Positions 8,556 to 18,258 of a stretch of DNA of 64,000 bases are shown here, piece by piece (the first letter of the stretch is position 1; every line of letters begins with the position of its first letter). The notes beneath the pieces are model-generated. The model ran no database searches and was not told the DNA's origin. It saw nothing but the letters and a program-made list of their open reading frames with translations. Made by a program: the position numbers and the translations under genes. Source of the DNA: Pseudomonadota bacterium (GTDB lineage Bacteria; Pseudomonadota; Alphaproteobacteria; Rhizobiales; Rhizobiaceae); NCBI GenBank assembly GCA_039180085.1, contig JBCDDX010000017.1, positions 4,117 to 68,116 on the forward strand. The letters run 5' to 3'.

Positions 8556-11099
8556 TCAGCGCCCCTTCGCGAGAGCCTTGGCCTGTTTGACCCAGTCTTC
8601 GCGGTCGATGCGTCCCTTGAAGCTCAGGTGATCATCGACCCAGGCGCGCTCGGCCTTTTTCCATTTGGCGATCTGTTCAAACTTGTAGACGCCAAGTCCG
8701 TTCAAAATGCCTTCGATTTTCGGCCCTACACCCGAAATCATTTTCAGATCATCCGGCTTGGTAGGCTTACGCATTTTGGGTGGCGCATTGTCTTTCTTTG
8801 GCGCCGCAGCTGTCGATTTGGCTTTGGCAGGCGTTGCCGCTTTTGCCTTGGCCCGTGTCGCTGCCTTAGGCGTTGCTTTCTTGACCGTTGCGCGCGAGCG
8901 GGCGGAAGAAAGTGGGACGGCCTTTTCGACAGCGGTGAGTTTTTTCGCCGGAGCTTTGGTCTTTTTCGCAGGTGCCTTTACAGCTTTTGGCTTTGCTGTT
9001 TTGGACGTTGCTGTCGCAGGCTTCTCTCCCAAGACAATCACCGGTTCCATGGCATCGAGCACACTCTGCGCGAGATGACATTTCACCTGGTGGCCATTGG
9101 ACAGGTCGCGAACCGGCGGTACGTCCGTTTCACACAACGTGCCTTCGACCATGGATTTGCGCGGGCAACGGGTCTGGAACGGGCAACCGGATGGCGGGTT
9201 GAGCGCCGAGGGGATATCGCCATCCAGAACGATGTGCTTTTTCTGGACACTGGTGTCTGCAATCGGGATCGCGGACAACAGCGCTTCCGTATACGGATGA
9301 TAAGGCGGCGAGAAAATCTGATCTGTCGTGCCCTGTTCAACGATATGACCGAGATACATCACCACCACGCGGTCGGCGATATAGCGCACGACGGACAAGT
9401 CGTGGCTGATGAACAGCATGGTCGTTTTGGCCTCACGCTGAATGTCCATCAGCAGTTCGGTCACAGCGGCCTGCACCGAAACATCGAGCGCAGAGACGGG
9501 CTCATCGGCCACCACAACCTGAGGCTGGCCGGCGAAGGCACGTGCGACGCCAATACGCTGTTTTTGCCCGCCGGAAAGCTGGCGTGGCATTCGGTCCGCA
9601 AAGGCGCGCGGCAGTTTCACAAGATCCAGCAATTCCAGCATGCGGTTGGTGCGGTCTGTCGTGGTTTCACCGATGCCGAATTTTTCCAACGTCCGAATGA
9701 TCTGCGAGCCCACAGTGTGGCTGGGGTTAAGCGTGTCGAACGGATTCTGGAATACCATCTGAACCGATGCGACCGTCTTCTTCGTGCGATCATTGACCTC
9801 GGTGTCGCCGATGTCCTTGCCGCGCAGTTCCACCGAGCCGGATGTGGCTGTTTCCAAGCCAAGGAGCACTTTCGCCAGAGTGGACTTGCCGCAACCGGAT
9901 TCGCCAACGATGGCGACGGTTTCGGATTCGCGCGCCTGGAAGCTGACAGTTTCGTTTGCCTTCACGGTTCGGGTGTCACCACCGCCGAAGATCTTGTTGG
10001 CGGCAACGTCATAGTACTTCTTCAGATCGCGGATATCGAGCACCACATCGCCGGGGGCTGCCGGATCTTCAACCAAGCGGCGTTCTGGCTCGGCTTCCCA
10101 ATCAATGTCTTTAATGCGCATGCATCGCGAGCGGTGATCGGGCTGTCCGCTGACCTCGTTCATCGGCACGGCATGTGCGTTGCAGATGCTTTCGACATAG
10201 TGGTCGCAGCGCGGGCCGAAATTGCAGCCGTGCGGGCGTTCCATCGGCAAGGGCAACTGGCCCCGGATGGAAATCAGCGGGCGCGAGTTCTTGTCAGCGC
10301 CGGGCAGGGGAATCGAGTTGAACAGGCCCTGCGTATAAGGGTGGCGCATCTGGTCGAACACCTCATGCACGGTCCCCGTTTCCACAGCCTCGCCGGAATA
10401 CATGACGGTGATGCGGTCGCAGGTTTCCAGAATGAGACCCAGATTGTGCGAGATGAACAGCATGGATGTGCCGGTTTCACGGCCCAGCTCTTTCACGAGT
10501 TCCACGATGCCGGCTTCAACGGTCACGTCGAGGGCGGTTGTTGGTTCATCAAGCAACAGCAGGTCCGGTTTGGACAACAGGGCCATCGCGATGACGATGC
10601 GTTGCTGCTGACCACCTGAAATCTGGTGCGGATAGGCGTCCATGATGCGGGCCGGGTCCGGCAGTTTGACCGAATGTAGCATCGCGAGCGAGCGGTCGTA
10701 GGCTTCCTGCTCGCTCACCTGTTCATGGATCAGCGGCACTTCCATCAGTTGCTTGCCGATCTTCATAGCCGGGTTGAGGCTGGCCATCGGCTCCTGATAG
10801 ATCATCGCGATTTTGGAGCCGCGGATGTCTCGCAGTTCCTCGTCGGACATCTCGCCCATGTCGCGGCCCTTGAACTTGATCTTGCCGCCGACGATTTTGC
10901 CGCGATTGCCCATGTCGCGCATGATGCCCAGCGCGACGGTGGACTTACCGCAACCTGATTCACCCACAAGCCCCATGGTTTCTCCGGGCATGACCTTGCA
11001 GGAGAAATCCATCACGGCCGGAATTTCTCCGGCGCGCACGAAGAAGGAAATGTTGAGGTTTTCGATTTCCAGGATCGGTTCTACAGCTTTATCCATCAT
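8556..11099 (-). CDS. Dpp/Opp-type ABC ATPase with two fused NBDs, a Lys/Ala-rich linker and a C-terminal HhH (COG3743-like) domain
   Basis: Two GESGCGKST Walker A motifs, two SGGQ signatures, two Cys-rich oligo_HPY tails; C-terminus DDLKMISGVGPKIEGILNGLGVYKFEQIAKW...GRIDREDWVKQAKAL. Confidence 0.9.
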   Translation of the reverse strand: MMDKAVEPILEIENLNISFFVRAGEIPAVMDFSCKVMPGETMGLVGESGCGKSTVALGIMRDMGNRGKIVGGKIKFKGRDMGEMSDEELRDIRGSKIAMIYQEPMASLNPAMKIGKQLMEVPLIHEQVSEQEAYDRSLAMLHSVKLPDPARIMDAYPHQISGGQQQRIVIAMALLSKPDLLLLDEPTTALDVTVEAGIVELVKELGRETGTSMLFISHNLGLILETCDRITVMYSGEAVETGTVHEVFDQMRHPYTQGLFNSIPLPGADKNSRPLISIRGQLPLPMERPHGCNFGPRCDHYVESICNAHAVPMNEVSGQPDHRSRCMRIKDIDWEAEPERRLVEDPAAPGDVVLDIRDLKKYYDVAANKIFGGGDTRTVKANETVSFQARESETVAIVGESGCGKSTLAKVLLGLETATSGSVELRGKDIGDTEVNDRTKKTVASVQMVFQNPFDTLNPSHTVGSQIIRTLEKFGIGETTTDRTNRMLELLDLVKLPRAFADRMPRQLSGGQKQRIGVARAFAGQPQVVVADEPVSALDVSVQAAVTELLMDIQREAKTTMLFISHDLSVVRYIADRVVVMYLGHIVEQGTTDQIFSPPYHPYTEALLSAIPIADTSVQKKHIVLDGDIPSALNPPSGCPFQTRCPRKSMVEGTLCETDVPPVRDLSNGHQVKCHLAQSVLDAMEPVIVLGEKPATATSKTAKPKAVKAPAKKTKAPAKKLTAVEKAVPLSSARSRATVKKATPKAATRAKAKAATPAKAKSTAAAPKKDNAPPKMRKPTKPDDLKMISGVGPKIEGILNGLGVYKFEQIAKWKKAERAWVDDHLSFKGRIDREDWVKQAKALAKGR

Positions 11100-11100
11100 C

Positions 11101-12297
11101 TTAATCCTTCAGGCTTTCTTCGCGCAGACCATCGGCCAGCAGGTTCAGACCCAGAACGAGCGACATGAGCGCCAGCGCGGGGGGCAGAGCCAGATGCGGA
11201 TAGAGCGACAGAAGCTTGCGGCCCTCATTGATGGTCTGCCCCCAGTTGGGGCTTTCCGGCGAAACGCCCAGCCCGAAAAACCCAAGCGTTCCAAGCAGAA
11301 TGGTCGTGTAGCCGATGCGCAAGCAGAAATCGACGATCAGTGGACCGCGCGCGTTGGGCAGAATTTCCCAAAGCATGATGTACCACGGGCGCTCACCGCG
11401 CGTCTGGGCAGCGGCCACATAGTCGCGGGTTTTGATATCAACCGTAACGCCACGCACGATGCGGAACACGGTCGGCGAGTTGACGAACACGACCGACACA
11501 AAAATGTTCAGCAGGTTCGGGTCCATATACAAAACGCCAAACGGGTCCGCATTGAACACGAGGCCGATATAGGCCCAACCGCCGATCAAAAGGGTGATCG
11601 CCATGAAGATTGCGAGCTTGCCCGGCTGAGTTGAATAGCGCGACACCCACAACACCACAAAGAAGATGATCGGGAACAGGAACAGCACCAATGCCATGAT
11701 GTTTGGCACGGACGCGACCCATTGCTGACCGCCCCAGAGTTGGTAGACCTCACCGTCGGCCCTGATTTCCGGCGTTACCAGCAGGAAGAAGAGCAGGATG
11801 ACGGGGAAGGCCAGGACGAGGTTTGCCACAAAGGTCAAAATCGTGTCAGTGCGTCCGCCGCGGAAACCCGCAGGCAGACCAAGCGTGATGCCCACCATGA
11901 AGGCGAACAGGGTTGCCGCTGGGGCGATGATCAACACTTCACGGCTGCCATAGACCATGCGGCTGAACACATCGCGGGCCAGATTGTCACCACCCAGAAG
12001 ATAGTGAAGCCCTTCCTGATCGCGCACCGGCCAGCCGGGTTTCTTGTTCTTCATACCGGACAATTGGTCCAGTGCATCGAAGGTTGCGATCTGGTCAGCA
12101 AAGATCGCTGTCAGAACCCAGAAGAGCACCAGAACGAGACCAACCATACCGATGGGGCTGTCAAACAGCTTGCCGTAGAGACCGAGGTTTCTGCGGAAGT
12201 AGAATGACGCGGCAAGAATGACGATCAGGCCAATCCACACGGGCAGGAACTGCCCCATGATCTGTGCGAAAATTTCGAATCCACCAAGACGTTCCAT
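11101..12297 (-). CDS. Dpp/Opp ABC permease (DppC-like)
   Basis: LLGGDNLARDVFSRMVYG, DYVAAAQTRGE, LNLLADGLRE. Confidence 0.88.
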   Translation of the reverse strand: MERLGGFEIFAQIMGQFLPVWIGLIVILAASFYFRRNLGLYGKLFDSPIGMVGLVLVLFWVLTAIFADQIATFDALDQLSGMKNKKPGWPVRDQEGLHYLLGGDNLARDVFSRMVYGSREVLIIAPAATLFAFMVGITLGLPAGFRGGRTDTILTFVANLVLAFPVILLFFLLVTPEIRADGEVYQLWGGQQWVASVPNIMALVLFLFPIIFFVVLWVSRYSTQPGKLAIFMAITLLIGGWAYIGLVFNADPFGVLYMDPNLLNIFVSVVFVNSPTVFRIVRGVTVDIKTRDYVAAAQTRGERPWYIMLWEILPNARGPLIVDFCLRIGYTTILLGTLGFFGLGVSPESPNWGQTINEGRKLLSLYPHLALPPALALMSLVLGLNLLADGLREESLKD

Positions 12298-12308
12298 AAT
12301 CGCTCTCC

Positions 12309-13370
12309 TCAGCTGACGCGGATGCGTGGGTTGAGGAAGACGTAGCCGATATCAGATATCAGCTGCGTAACGAGGACCACGACAACGGCGACGACGGACG
12401 CAGCCATCATGAGCTCGATGTCATTGTTGCCAACGGCCGCAACGAGGGTCCAGCCGAAGCCCTTGTAGTTGAACAGGGTTTCGATGATCACCACGCCGGT
12501 GAGCAACCACGGTATTTGCAACATGATCACCGTGAACGGGGCAATCAGCGCGTTCCGCAAGGCGTGTTTGAGCACAACACCCCAGAAGGAAAGGCCCTTC
12601 AGACGCGCGGTTCGGATATATTGTTCCGTCATCACCTCAGCCATCGAGGCGCGCGTCATGCGGGCGATGTACCCCATGCCATAAAGCGCGAGCGCGATCA
12701 CGGGCAGGGTGAAATTGGTGAACGTTATGTCGTCCATCGCCGATGCGGCGGTGCCTTTGAACCATTGAAGCCCGCCCAATCGGCTGGCGAAGACGACGAT
12801 CAATATAACCCCCGACACATATTCGGGCGTCGACGTTGTGATGATGGAAAAGGTCGAAAGCGTGCGGTCCGTGCGTGAACCTTCCCGCATGCCGGCGAAG
12901 ACGCCGATGACAAGCGCCGCCGGTACCATGGTCAGCATGACCGCCAGCATGAGCCAGCCGGTCAGCGACAGTTTGCGGCCGATGATCTCGCTCACCGGTT
13001 CCTTGAACACCAGCGACTGGCCCCAATTCCCCTGCAACAGGCCACAATAGTTTGGTGCGGTTTCGGCGGTCAGATCACCCCTGATGCAGCGGCCCGTGAC
13101 TTTTCCCGTGTCCGGATCCGTGCGACGCCAACCGGGCGCGACACCCAGCCATTCTCCGTATCTTTTGAACAGGGGTTGGCGGTAACCGTTTCGTTCCAGC
13201 CAGTTTTCAACCTGCACATCCGTCATGCGCTGGTTGCCTTCACTCTTGGTCAGTTTTTCAAGATTGGGATCAAGGTTGACCAGATAAAAGACGATGAATG
13301 TCAGGCATAGCGCCGTGAGCAAAGCCACACCGCTGCGCCTCAGGATAAAGCTAAGCATACCGCTCCCCAT
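12309..13370 (-). CDS. Dpp/Opp ABC permease (DppB-like)
   Basis: YIRTARLKGL...KHALRNAL; ends DIGYVFLNPRIR. Confidence 0.88.
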   Translation of the reverse strand: MGSGMLSFILRRSGVALLTALCLTFIVFYLVNLDPNLEKLTKSEGNQRMTDVQVENWLERNGYRQPLFKRYGEWLGVAPGWRRTDPDTGKVTGRCIRGDLTAETAPNYCGLLQGNWGQSLVFKEPVSEIIGRKLSLTGWLMLAVMLTMVPAALVIGVFAGMREGSRTDRTLSTFSIITTSTPEYVSGVILIVVFASRLGGLQWFKGTAASAMDDITFTNFTLPVIALALYGMGYIARMTRASMAEVMTEQYIRTARLKGLSFWGVVLKHALRNALIAPFTVIMLQIPWLLTGVVIIETLFNYKGFGWTLVAAVGNNDIELMMAASVVAVVVVLVTQLISDIGYVFLNPRIRVS

Positions 13371-13494
13371 TTGCCATTTTTGGCAGTCCGTTTGGACTTG
13401 TGGCGGTCTTTTCGACCTGCCGGTTTAAACTGGAGTGTTTCAACTATCCCAAAGCAAAGCAAGGGTTTGGCCCAGGCAAATGCGACAAACTGAC

Positions 13495-13525
13495 AAAAAA
13501 AGGGGCCGCAGATGCGGCCCCTTTC
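13495..13525 (-). terminator. Rho-independent terminator between the SBP and permease genes
   Basis: AGGGGCCGCA-ga-TGCGGCCCCT stem with an A-run on the + strand, which is a U-tract on the - strand. Confidence 0.75.
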
Positions 13526-13553
13526 TCAATTCACCTTGTTGCGTTGGCGAAAC

Positions 13554-15242
13554 TTATGTCCAGTAGACTTCTGCCGGATGGAACTCGAAGGAAATGTGGT
13601 GGGCGGTACCCATCAGATTTGACTTCGAGAAGTTGGTCAGTGTCCGCCAGTATGGCTGAATGGTCACGCCTTCGTCCTGCATGATCTTCTCAACTTTGGC
13701 GACCAGTTCGCGACGCTTGTTCACGTCGGCGACAGCGAGCGCTGCGGTGAGTGTTTCATCGAACTCTTTGTTTGAGAAACCGGATTCGTTCCATGCTTCA
13801 CCGGAGCGGTATGCCAGCGCCAGAACCTGAACGCCGAGTGGGCGGTGGTTCCAGTTGGTGGACGAGAACGGATATTTCGCCCAGTCGTTCCAGAACGTCG
13901 AGCCGGGCAGTACGGTCCGCTTGACCTTGAGGCCAGCCTTGCGCATCTGGTCGGCAACCGCGTCGGTTGTGTCCTTGCGGTAACCGGCGTCGATTGAGAT
14001 GAGCTCGTGCTCATAATCAGCCATGCCGGCTTCTTCCATCAGCGCTTTTGCACCAGCAGGATCGAACTTCACATCGCCGATGTCTTTATAATCGGGATGC
14101 ATTGGGCCGACATGGTGGTTCTGAGCGGGAATACCCAGGCCGTTCATGCCAAGCTCGAGGCAGACCTTGTTGTCGACTGCCATCTGGATAGCGCGACGAA
14201 CGCGAACGTCTGCATAAGGCTTCTTGCCGTCGACTTCCGCCTGCTGGTTGGGACGAATGACGATGGTCGCTGCGGTGACGATGTCATCGCGACGCCAGTC
14301 GCCGATGGCTTCAAACAGTTCGATGAACTCACCTTCGAGCGAGTAGGTTGTATCAACCTCATCAGACTCAGCTGCTGCAACCCAGGCAGCAGGCTCTGTG
14401 CCATAGTCGATATACTCAAAGCGATCGACCCATGCGCCATTGCCCTCGTTCCACCATGTGTGGTCCTCGTTGCGCACCAGAACAGCTTTAACACCAACTT
14501 CCATGGATTCAGGCTTGTAAGGGCCGGTACCGATTGGATTGGAAAGCGCTGTTTCAGGTGTGAAGGACTTGTGCACGATTGCTGCGGGATAGTCAGACAT
14601 GCCTGGGATCAGGGAAATGTCAGGCGCAGGCAGGTTCAGTTTCACCGTGTGGCTGTCCACAACTTCAATAGCGCCCGGCAGTACCTTGTCGGTACCGTTT
14701 GGATTGCTGTCGGACTTGGCGTCAATCAGGGTCGCGAAACGACCGGCCATTGAGTTGCCCTCAACGGTCTTGTCACACCAGCCTTCAATGTTGCGGGCAA
14801 CATCTTCAGCGGTGAAGTCATCGCCATTGTTCCACTTGACGCCCTTGCGGACTTTCAAAGTGTAGGTCTTGGCGTCTTCGGAAACTTCCCAGCCTTCCAG
14901 CAGCATGCCGTCGAACGTGGCATCGTTGTTGTACTGGACGAGATATTCGTGCCAGCCGCGCGCGAAGTTGGCGATCTGTGACCAGTCATAGGTGCGCGGA
15001 TCTTTCAGAGCGCGAACTTCTGTCTGATAGCGAACGGTGCCGCCCTTTTTGGCATGACCATCAGCCAGTGCCGGCGTAGGCAGGCCGATCATCGCATAAG
15101 CTGTGGCGGCGGTTGCGCCGAACACACTTGCTGTTGCAAGAAATTCGCGACGGCTCATTTCATCGCCGGACGAACGAATTTCGTCGGCCATCTCCACCAC
15201 ATGTTTGGGCATAGGTTGCCCGTTACGCTTGAAAAACTTCAT
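13554..15242 (-). CDS. family 5 ABC substrate-binding protein with twin-arginine (Tat) signal
   Basis: ATG at 15242 after a GGGAG RBS; MSRREFL Tat motif; [18 protein letters not shown] and PIGTGPY motifs. Confidence 0.88.
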   Translation of the reverse strand: MKFFKRNGQPMPKHVVEMADEIRSSGDEMSRREFLATASVFGATAATAYAMIGLPTPALADGHAKKGGTVRYQTEVRALKDPRTYDWSQIANFARGWHEYLVQYNNDATFDGMLLEGWEVSEDAKTYTLKVRKGVKWNNGDDFTAEDVARNIEGWCDKTVEGNSMAGRFATLIDAKSDSNPNGTDKVLPGAIEVVDSHTVKLNLPAPDISLIPGMSDYPAAIVHKSFTPETALSNPIGTGPYKPESMEVGVKAVLVRNEDHTWWNEGNGAWVDRFEYIDYGTEPAAWVAAAESDEVDTTYSLEGEFIELFEAIGDWRRDDIVTAATIVIRPNQQAEVDGKKPYADVRVRRAIQMAVDNKVCLELGMNGLGIPAQNHHVGPMHPDYKDIGDVKFDPAGAKALMEEAGMADYEHELISIDAGYRKDTTDAVADQMRKAGLKVKRTVLPGSTFWNDWAKYPFSSTNWNHRPLGVQVLALAYRSGEAWNESGFSNKEFDETLTAALAVADVNKRRELVAKVEKIMQDEGVTIQPYWRTLTNFSKSNLMGTAHHISFEFHPAEVYWT

Positions 15243-15551
15243 ATTTGTCTCCCGATTGAAGTTTGGATGCACGCTGTTATCGCGCGTTTCAATTCCAATG
15301 TTGCCCCGCTGAGCAAGTCAGCATTGTCTCAATAACGATTCCATTTGTCGTGTTCTCGCCGTTTGGTGTCGGGAACCTAACAGGTGAGTTTCGGTTTGTT
15401 GAGTCCGCGTTTCATAAAATTGACGTAACGTCGATTTTACTCATTTTTTGGTTATTGAGTGTCATTTTGGCGGTTTTTCAGGGCCAAGCGGAACATTTTT
15501 GCCGAAAATCGACGGAATATCGCCGTTTTTGGCAACTTGCTGAGTCTGCTT

Positions 15552-16268
15552 TCACACCACGGGCACAAACAGTTTTTCAAGGAATGCATAGAACCAGCGC
15601 GCCTGCGCGTCGTCGTGTTTCATCATCAGTGAAGTCTGCTCTCGGCGCGTTTGTGCGCCCGGCTCGCCGTAGGGTGCCCAATCGGCATTCTGCCAGCGCC
15701 GAAACCCTTCGATTGTGACTTCGGGGTGAAACTGAAAACCGTAGACCTTGTCGCCATATCGGAAAGCCTGATTTGCGAACCGGTCGCTGGTGGCGAGCGG
15801 TGTCGCCCCTTGTGGAATTCCAAACGTGTGGAAGTGCGACTGGGTGACGATCAAAGGATCATCAAGAAACCCGTCAGCCTGCGCGGTTGGTCGCACCTCG
15901 TAATATCCGAACTCGTAAACGCCATCGTCTCCCGCCCCCGCAAAGGCCCCCAGATGCCAAGCGATCTGCTGGCAGCCCTGACAAATGCCCAGCATGGGAA
16001 TGTCAGCCTGCAGGCTGGCGGCAATCCAGCGGTATTCGTCTTTCAGGAAGGGGTGCTTCTCAATATCATAGGCGTTGTATTTTCCGCCATGGATCACCGT
16101 GCCTGCGATGTCCGGTTCAATCGAACCGTCACTGCCAATGGGCGGGACATTCTCTCCCGCAAATGGCTTGCGCAGATCGACCGTGTAGCCGGCTCCCACC
16201 AGATAGGAATAGATGCGATCATCAGGCGGGTCATCACCGTGTCTGACAACAATGATACGGTTTTTCAT
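15552..16268 (-). CDS. class I glutamine amidotransferase-like hydrolase
   Basis: GICQG nucleophile elbow and FQFHPE His-Glu. Confidence 0.85.
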   Translation of the reverse strand: MKNRIIVVRHGDDPPDDRIYSYLVGAGYTVDLRKPFAGENVPPIGSDGSIEPDIAGTVIHGGKYNAYDIEKHPFLKDEYRWIAASLQADIPMLGICQGCQQIAWHLGAFAGAGDDGVYEFGYYEVRPTAQADGFLDDPLIVTQSHFHTFGIPQGATPLATSDRFANQAFRYGDKVYGFQFHPEVTIEGFRRWQNADWAPYGEPGAQTRREQTSLMMKHDDAQARWFYAFLEKLFVPVV

Positions 16269-16434
16269 CTTCTAATCTCGCGACATGGAAATGGATTTCT
16301 TTGTCTTTGATTGTTGATGCAGCAGAGCGTGAGCGCAAGACGGTGGCAGGATAAGGTGACGCTTAGACCGGTCTTGATCTTTCCGGTGCAAGCAGCAAAA
16401 CAGGTGCAGCGAAATTCAATCGGGTGTTGCGATC

Positions 16435-17247
16435 ATGCCGACCAATCTCACGGATGCCCAGGTGGCCACTGCCGCGCAGCAGCTCTTTGAAGCCGAAACA
16501 TCCGGTGTGCAGACCGGTCTGCTTTCCATTGCTCATCCGGATATGACGATGGATGACGCTTACCGTGTTCAACATGCTCTGGTGGAGTTGAAAAAGGCGG
16601 CAGGGCGAACAGTCATCGGCTGGAAAATCGGCCTGACGTCTAAGGCCATGCAGCAGGCGCTCAATATCGAGACGCCGGATTCCGGGGTCCTGCTGGACGA
16701 CATGAATTTTCCAAACGGCGCGAACATTCCTGCACACCGATTCATTCAGCCGCGTATTGAAGCAGAGATTGCCTTTGTGATGAAAACCGACCTCGAAGGG
16801 CCTGATGTCACCGCTGACGATGTGCGCGCAGCAACAGACTATGTGACGCCCGCTTTGGAAATTCTCGACACACGCATTTTGCGCAAAGACCCGGCATCCG
16901 GTCGAGCACGCATTATCGTGGACACCATTTCAGACAATGCCGCCAATGGTGGCATTGTGCTGAGTGATGAGCGCTTTGGTGTTGATGAGATGGATTTGCG
17001 CTGGATTGGCGCGATTGTCATGCGAGACGGAGAGGTGGAAGAAACCGGCCTGGGTGCCGGTGTTCTCAATGATCCCGCGCTTGGTATCGCATGGCTTGCC
17101 AACCGATTGCACGCTTATGGCGACAGGATCAAAGCCGGTGAGGTGCTGCTTTCCGGCTCGTTTATTCGCCCTGTCGAAGCCCCGCATGGCAGCAGTATTT
17201 TTGCTGATTTCGGTGCGTTCGGCACGGTAAGCTGCCATTTCGAATAG
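16435..17247 (+). CDS. hpaH: 2-oxo-hept-4-ene-1,7-dioate hydratase
   Basis: GWKIGLTSKAMQ, PRIEAEIAF, DTISDNAAN, EETGLGAGVL; adjacent to hpaD and hpaE. Confidence 0.88.
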   Translation: MPTNLTDAQVATAAQQLFEAETSGVQTGLLSIAHPDMTMDDAYRVQHALVELKKAAGRTVIGWKIGLTSKAMQQALNIETPDSGVLLDDMNFPNGANIPAHRFIQPRIEAEIAFVMKTDLEGPDVTADDVRAATDYVTPALEILDTRILRKDPASGRARIIVDTISDNAANGGIVLSDERFGVDEMDLRWIGAIVMRDGEVEETGLGAGVLNDPALGIAWLANRLHAYGDRIKAGEVLLSGSFIRPVEAPHGSSIFADFGAFGTVSCHFE

Positions 17248-17271
17248 ACCCGCGCGCCAACGAGCATGGGA

Positions 17272-18255
17272 TCAATAGGGCGCGATAATCGGTTGGGCTT
17301 TCAGGCCGGATTCCTTTGTGGGAACACCTTCAAAGACCGACCCGTTTTCAAACCATGATTTGGGTGCTGGTGCACCCCACAGGGTTTGGCGCTGCGGGTC
17401 CGTCAGATCCCAGCGGATAGGTTCATGATCAGGGTCGACGGTCTGATAGTCAGAGCAATAAATTTCGGTGCGATGGCCGTCCGGATCGGTGATGTACAGA
17501 AAGAACGCATTGGATATTCCGTGCCGCCCGGGGCCGCGCTCGATATTGGCGACATAGCCGGTGGTGGCCATCAGATCGAGCAGATCAATGATGTTGAGTG
17601 GCGTCGGTACCCAGAAGGCGATGTGGTGCAGGCGTGGCCCAACACCATTGGTGAAAGCCATATCGTGCACACCGCCCTTGCGGTGCATCCATGCCGCCCA
17701 GACGTGGCCGCTTTCCTCATCTTCCGTATATTCGGTGACGCGGAAACCCATTTCGTTGTAAAAGGCAACCGCGGCATCGACATCGCTGGAAAAGCAGTTG
17801 AAATGGTCAATGCGCAACGGTTTGACGCCCTTATAGAGCGCGTATTTCTGATGAATTGTCGGCAGGCGATCCATTGTCGCGTAGAACTGGAGGGGAATGC
17901 CCTGCGGGTCGCGGGCGCTCAGGGTTCGGCCCTGCCATGGCACATCGACCCATTCGGTCGGCAGCGACTTGCCCTTGAAGAATTTCTCCAGCCCGTCGAG
18001 GTCTTCTTCGCTGTAGACCTTAAACGCAAGCGCGCGGACATTGGCCTCATCGCTTTTTGTCAGCTTGAGGCTGTGGTGATTGCGCTCTTCCATGGCGCGC
18101 AGGCAGATGGTCGTGTCATCTTCGTAACTCACCTGGAGGCCCAGAATATCGACATAGAAGGCTCGCGAGGCTGCAAGGTCTGTGACGCCAAATTCCGTGT
18201 GGCTCAAACGAACGATGTTGAAGTCCGGTTTCAGATTTGGGGCGGGAATGGGCAC
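17272..18255 (-). CDS. hpaD: 3,4-dihydroxyphenylacetate 2,3-dioxygenase (VOC extradiol type)
   Basis: RIDHFN, GPRLHHIAF, IERGPGRHGISNAFFLY, DPDGHRTEIY, QRQTLWG. Confidence 0.92.
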   Translation of the reverse strand: MPIPAPNLKPDFNIVRLSHTEFGVTDLAASRAFYVDILGLQVSYEDDTTICLRAMEERNHHSLKLTKSDEANVRALAFKVYSEEDLDGLEKFFKGKSLPTEWVDVPWQGRTLSARDPQGIPLQFYATMDRLPTIHQKYALYKGVKPLRIDHFNCFSSDVDAAVAFYNEMGFRVTEYTEDEESGHVWAAWMHRKGGVHDMAFTNGVGPRLHHIAFWVPTPLNIIDLLDLMATTGYVANIERGPGRHGISNAFFLYITDPDGHRTEIYCSDYQTVDPDHEPIRWDLTDPQRQTLWGAPAPKSWFENGSVFEGVPTKESGLKAQPIIAPY

Positions 18256-18258
18256 GAC

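Noticed and set aside
8628-10619. 663-aa + strand ORF, and similar long antisense ORFs such as 17386..18603 and 26944..28221
   Set aside because: They are shadows of well-supported genes on the opposite strand in high-GC DNA and have no recognisable motifs.
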